Assembly: GCF_006345805.1 (NCBI RefSeq)
Contig: NC_043012.1
Coordinates: 54,560,001 to 54,624,000 of the forward strand
Direction: 5' to 3'
From: Octopus sinensis
Lineage: Eukaryota
DNA: 64,000 nucleotides
The stretch's first letter is position 1, and the number at the start of each line of letters is the position of its first letter. The notes under the pieces were generated by a model that saw nothing but the letters and a program-made list of their open reading frames with translations, searched no databases and was not told the origin of the DNA. The position numbers and the translations under genes are program-made. Of the stretch, positions 60,583 through 64,000 are shown piece after piece.

Positions 60583-61782
60583 CCCTTTCAATACTAACCT
60601 GGCCGTAAAGTTTTTTGGTTCATAAGACCAACTTGACCGAAAGTACCCATTTTTATTTAAATGTGAATTTAAGTACAAATCTCATAAGAACATTTGTGAA
60701 AATACATGATTTCACTTTGTAAATAGTTGAGTTATAGTATCCAACACTGCTTGATGTAATATCTGAACTCAGTGAATCTTGGGAGATTTTTTTAGCATCG
60801 ATTCCTTTTCAACTTTGTAAATGGATAGGAGTTTCATGCTATGAAGCAGTGATTCTGAATTTAAAAATTTTTCAATGGAAAATATGGAGATATCGAGAAA
60901 AAGAACGAATGAGGTACAAAAGCGTGTGGTGTATGAGAATGAATAGGATATTTCTGTATCTGAAACTGAAAGCAGCGATAGCAACAGCAAAGACAATTTT
61001 ACATCAGAATAAAGTAAAAACTTTAAAAATTATTTTTATTAGAAATTTTCCCGAGGAGATGGAGTCTATCCATAGTCTTTCTTAGGAAGCAAAAATCGTT
61101 AGACTATTTTTTTCAGTATGCTTGTTTGAACTGTTACGCAGAATGTAAACAAACAGTATATGCCAGGAAAGCCCATGAAATGGGGGATCAAAGTATGGAA
61201 AATTTGTGAAGCAAATACTGGTTACTGCTGTGGATTTAGGGAAATCCAGGGAAAATAATGTTAGTCAACATGGCCTAGGGTACGATGTGGTCTGGAATTT
61301 ATCACTTCCATACCATAACCAGGGTCATATATTATTCTTTGACCGAATTTTTTAGTTCGGCCAAACCTATGGTGGATTCCAGTATACTTCACCTTTGTGG
61401 TACACCTGTTCTGTTGTACATTAAATTCAACTGATAATCTAGTGATGTGCACAATTCTTCTATATCAAAATTTTGTTGCATATCCAATTGAATACTAGCT
61501 GATAATTCACTTTCGATGGTGATGTTTAAACAAAATTTTAATTTTTTACCTCCTCCTCAGTTTACCTGTAATTAGAGTCACTTTGAGACAAAAGTTATGC
61601 AATAGAATTGATTAAGAACCCTTTCTTTTAATTATGTTCCAAATATCACATTAATATGTTGATAAGTAATAAAGGTTACAGTTGTTTAATGAAACTAGTT
61701 TAAATTCATGATTATTTTATAATTTAATTGAAACTCATGAGGGGTGTATTTTGGTCTGGTCAGAAATATAGTAACGAAAAGG
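60583..61782 (+). mobile_element. Internally deleted piggyBac element
   Basis: TTAG-CCCTTTC ... GAAAAGG-TTAA ends. Remnants KQYMPGKPMKWGIKVWKICEANTGY and HGLGYDVVWNLSLPYHNQGHILFFD (PGBD4-like). Confidence 0.85.
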
Positions 61783-61920
61783 TTAAAGAACATTAACTAG
61801 ACAATTCGACCACACCAGAGAAATCTTTACCACAGCCATTCCTGAAGAAGACAGGACTTGTTTATAGCCTTCCAAGTTAATTATAAAAAGAAAAACATTC
61901 AGTAATAAGCACACCAACAA

Positions 61921-63808
61921 CATCATCATCATCATCGTTTAGCGTCCGTTTTCCATGCTAGCATGGGTTGGACGGTTCTACTGGGGTCTGTGAAGCCAGA
62001 AGGCTTCATCAGGCCCAGTCAAATCTGGCAGTGTTTCTACGGCTGGATGCCCTTCCTAACGCCAACCACTCCGTGAGTGTAGTGGGTGCTTTTTACGTGC
62101 CACCCACACTGGTGCCAGACAGAGCTGGCAAACGGACACGAACTGATGGTGCTTTTTATGTGCCACCGGCATGAGGGCCAGGCGAGGCTGGCAACGGACA
62201 CGAAACGGGGCGGTGCTGGCAACGGTCGCGAAACGGAAAGTTCTCTTACATGCCACCGGCACTGGTAACACATCTGCAATTTCCATTGATCGATTTCGAT
62301 TCTGATTGTCACTTGCCTCAACGGGTCTTCACAAGCAGAGTTTTGACATGCCACCGGCACTGGTAGCACATCCGCAATTTCCATTGATCGATTTCGATTC
62401 TGATCCTCACTTGCCTCATCACGTCTTCACAAGTAGAGTTTTGTGTCCCAAGAAGGGAAGGTATGCATACGTAGGCTGGCTCCATCCCATGTAGAAGGCC
62501 ACGGGTTATGGACTCACTTGTCCTGCCGGGTCTTCTCGCGCACAGCACACTTCCAGAGGTTTCGGTCTCTAGTCATTTCTTCAGGGAGACCTAAAGTTCG
62601 AAGGTCGTGCTTCACCACCTCATCCCAGGTTTTCCTGGGTCTGCCTCTTCCACAGGTTCCCTCAACCGCTAGGGTGTGGCACTTTTTCACACAACTATCT
62701 TCATCCATTCTCGCCACATGACCATACCAGCGCAAACGTCTCTCTTGCACACCACAACTGATGCTTCTTAGGTCCAGCTTTTCTCTCAAGGTACTTACAC
62801 TCTGCCGAGTGTGAGTACCGGCATTACACATCCATCGGAGCATACTGGCTTCATTTCTTGCGAGCTTACGCATATCCTCAGCAGTCACGGCCCATGTTTC
62901 ACTGTCATGTAGCATGGCTGTTCGTACACACGCATCATACAGTCTGCCTTTCACTCTGTGCGAGAGGCCTTTTGTCAGCAGCAGAGGTAAGAGCTCTCTG
63001 AACTTTGCCCAAGCTATTCTTACTCTAGCAGTTACACTTTCAGCACACCCGCCCCCGCTGCTGACTTGGTCACCTAGGTAACGGAAACTATCAACTATTT
63101 CTAGTTTTTCTCCCTGGAAAGTGACAGAAGTTGGTCTCAGAGCATTTTCAGTGTTTATTGTTCCTGAGCATCTGCCACATACAAAAACCATCTTCCTAGT
63201 TAGCCTTCCTTTGACATTGCTGCATCTCTTATGTGTCCATAGCTTACACTTGGTGCATCTTATAGAGTTTCTACCTACACCTTTTCTACAGATCGAGCAG
63301 GGCCATCTACCTGAAGGTGTTTGTGATTTGTCTACCTTCCTACTGATTACGACTTTGGTTTTAGCTAGATTGACTCTGAGGCCCTTCGATTCTAATCCTT
63401 GTTTCCACACCTGGAACTTCTCCTCCAGTTCTGATAGCGACTCAGCAATTAGAGCAAGGTCATCAGCATAGAGGAGCTCCCAAGGGCATCCTGTCTTGAA
63501 TTCCTCCGTTATTGCCTGGAGGACTATGATAAATAGGAGGGGGCTGAGTACTGAGCCTTGGTGGACTCCTACCTCTACCCGAATTCTTCACTGTACACAT
63601 TTCCAACCCTCACCCTACTAGCGGCGTCCCTGTACATGGCCCGCACAGCTCTCACTAACCATTCATCTATCCCTAGTTTCCTCATTGCCCACCAGATAAG
63701 GGATCGGGGGACCCTGTCGAAGGCTTTCTCCATGTCAACAAAAGCCAGGTACAGGGGCTTATCTTTGGCTAGGTATTTCTCCTGCAGCTGCCTTACCAGG
63801 AATATAGC
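61921..63808 (-). mobile_element. RTE-clade LINE, 5'-truncated, with 3'UTR and (GAT)n tail
   Basis: FVDMEKAFD, GVHQGSVLSPLLF, LLYADD (63459-63470), RLRWYGHVARM, GRGRPRKTW. One frameshift near 63578, stop at 62514. Confidence 0.97.
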
Positions 63809-64000
63809 AAGAGAGAAATCAAGAAAAGACAAATTATGGGTTTATGAAGTTCATTTATTTTGGCAATGTTTGAGAAACCAAGAATGTCCAACAAGCAACT
63901 GTAACCAAAATGGCAAATGTTTGTTTTCCATCCTTACATCTTCAGCTTAGTACGCCTCCAATGTCTCCTCTTGGCATTGTATCTGAAAGAAATAAAATAA

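Overview
This is AT-rich, repeat-dense animal genomic DNA. The repeat content (tRNA-derived SINEs, RTE 3'UTR copies with (GAT)n tails, (AT)n tracts) looks like an Octopus/coleoid genome; that is my inference. Two protein-coding genes diverge head-to-head around ~17.9-18.4 kb. (1) A complete plus-strand RFWD3 orthologue (RING-WD40 E3 ligase, FANCW): 14 coding exons over 26128-56737 that I assembled by hand with consistent GT-AG sites and phases (2502 nt, 833 aa). It has a probable non-coding first exon ending at 18421 and an N-terminal 10-aa tandem repeat (ASGQATSNHP x14). (2) An unidentified minus-strand gene with four small phase-compatible exons (85 aa so far, acidic) that probably continues off the left edge. 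Introns and flanks hold a 5'-truncated Penelope-like element with an uninterrupted RT C-terminal + GIY-YIG frame, and a 5'-truncated RTE LINE with a PHD finger whose 3'UTR explains the commonest repeat here. They also hold mariner, Tc1 and piggyBac remnants, Merlin-like MITEs with 8-bp TSDs, piggyBac-type MITEs, helentron-like elements and several SINE families. The most unusual sequence-level signal is an inverted pair of decayed minimal hammerhead ribozyme motifs in RFWD3 intron 13. I found no CRISPR array, rRNA or true tRNA gene. Coordinates were counted by hand; exon and TSD ends should be exact, while many TE ends are approximate.
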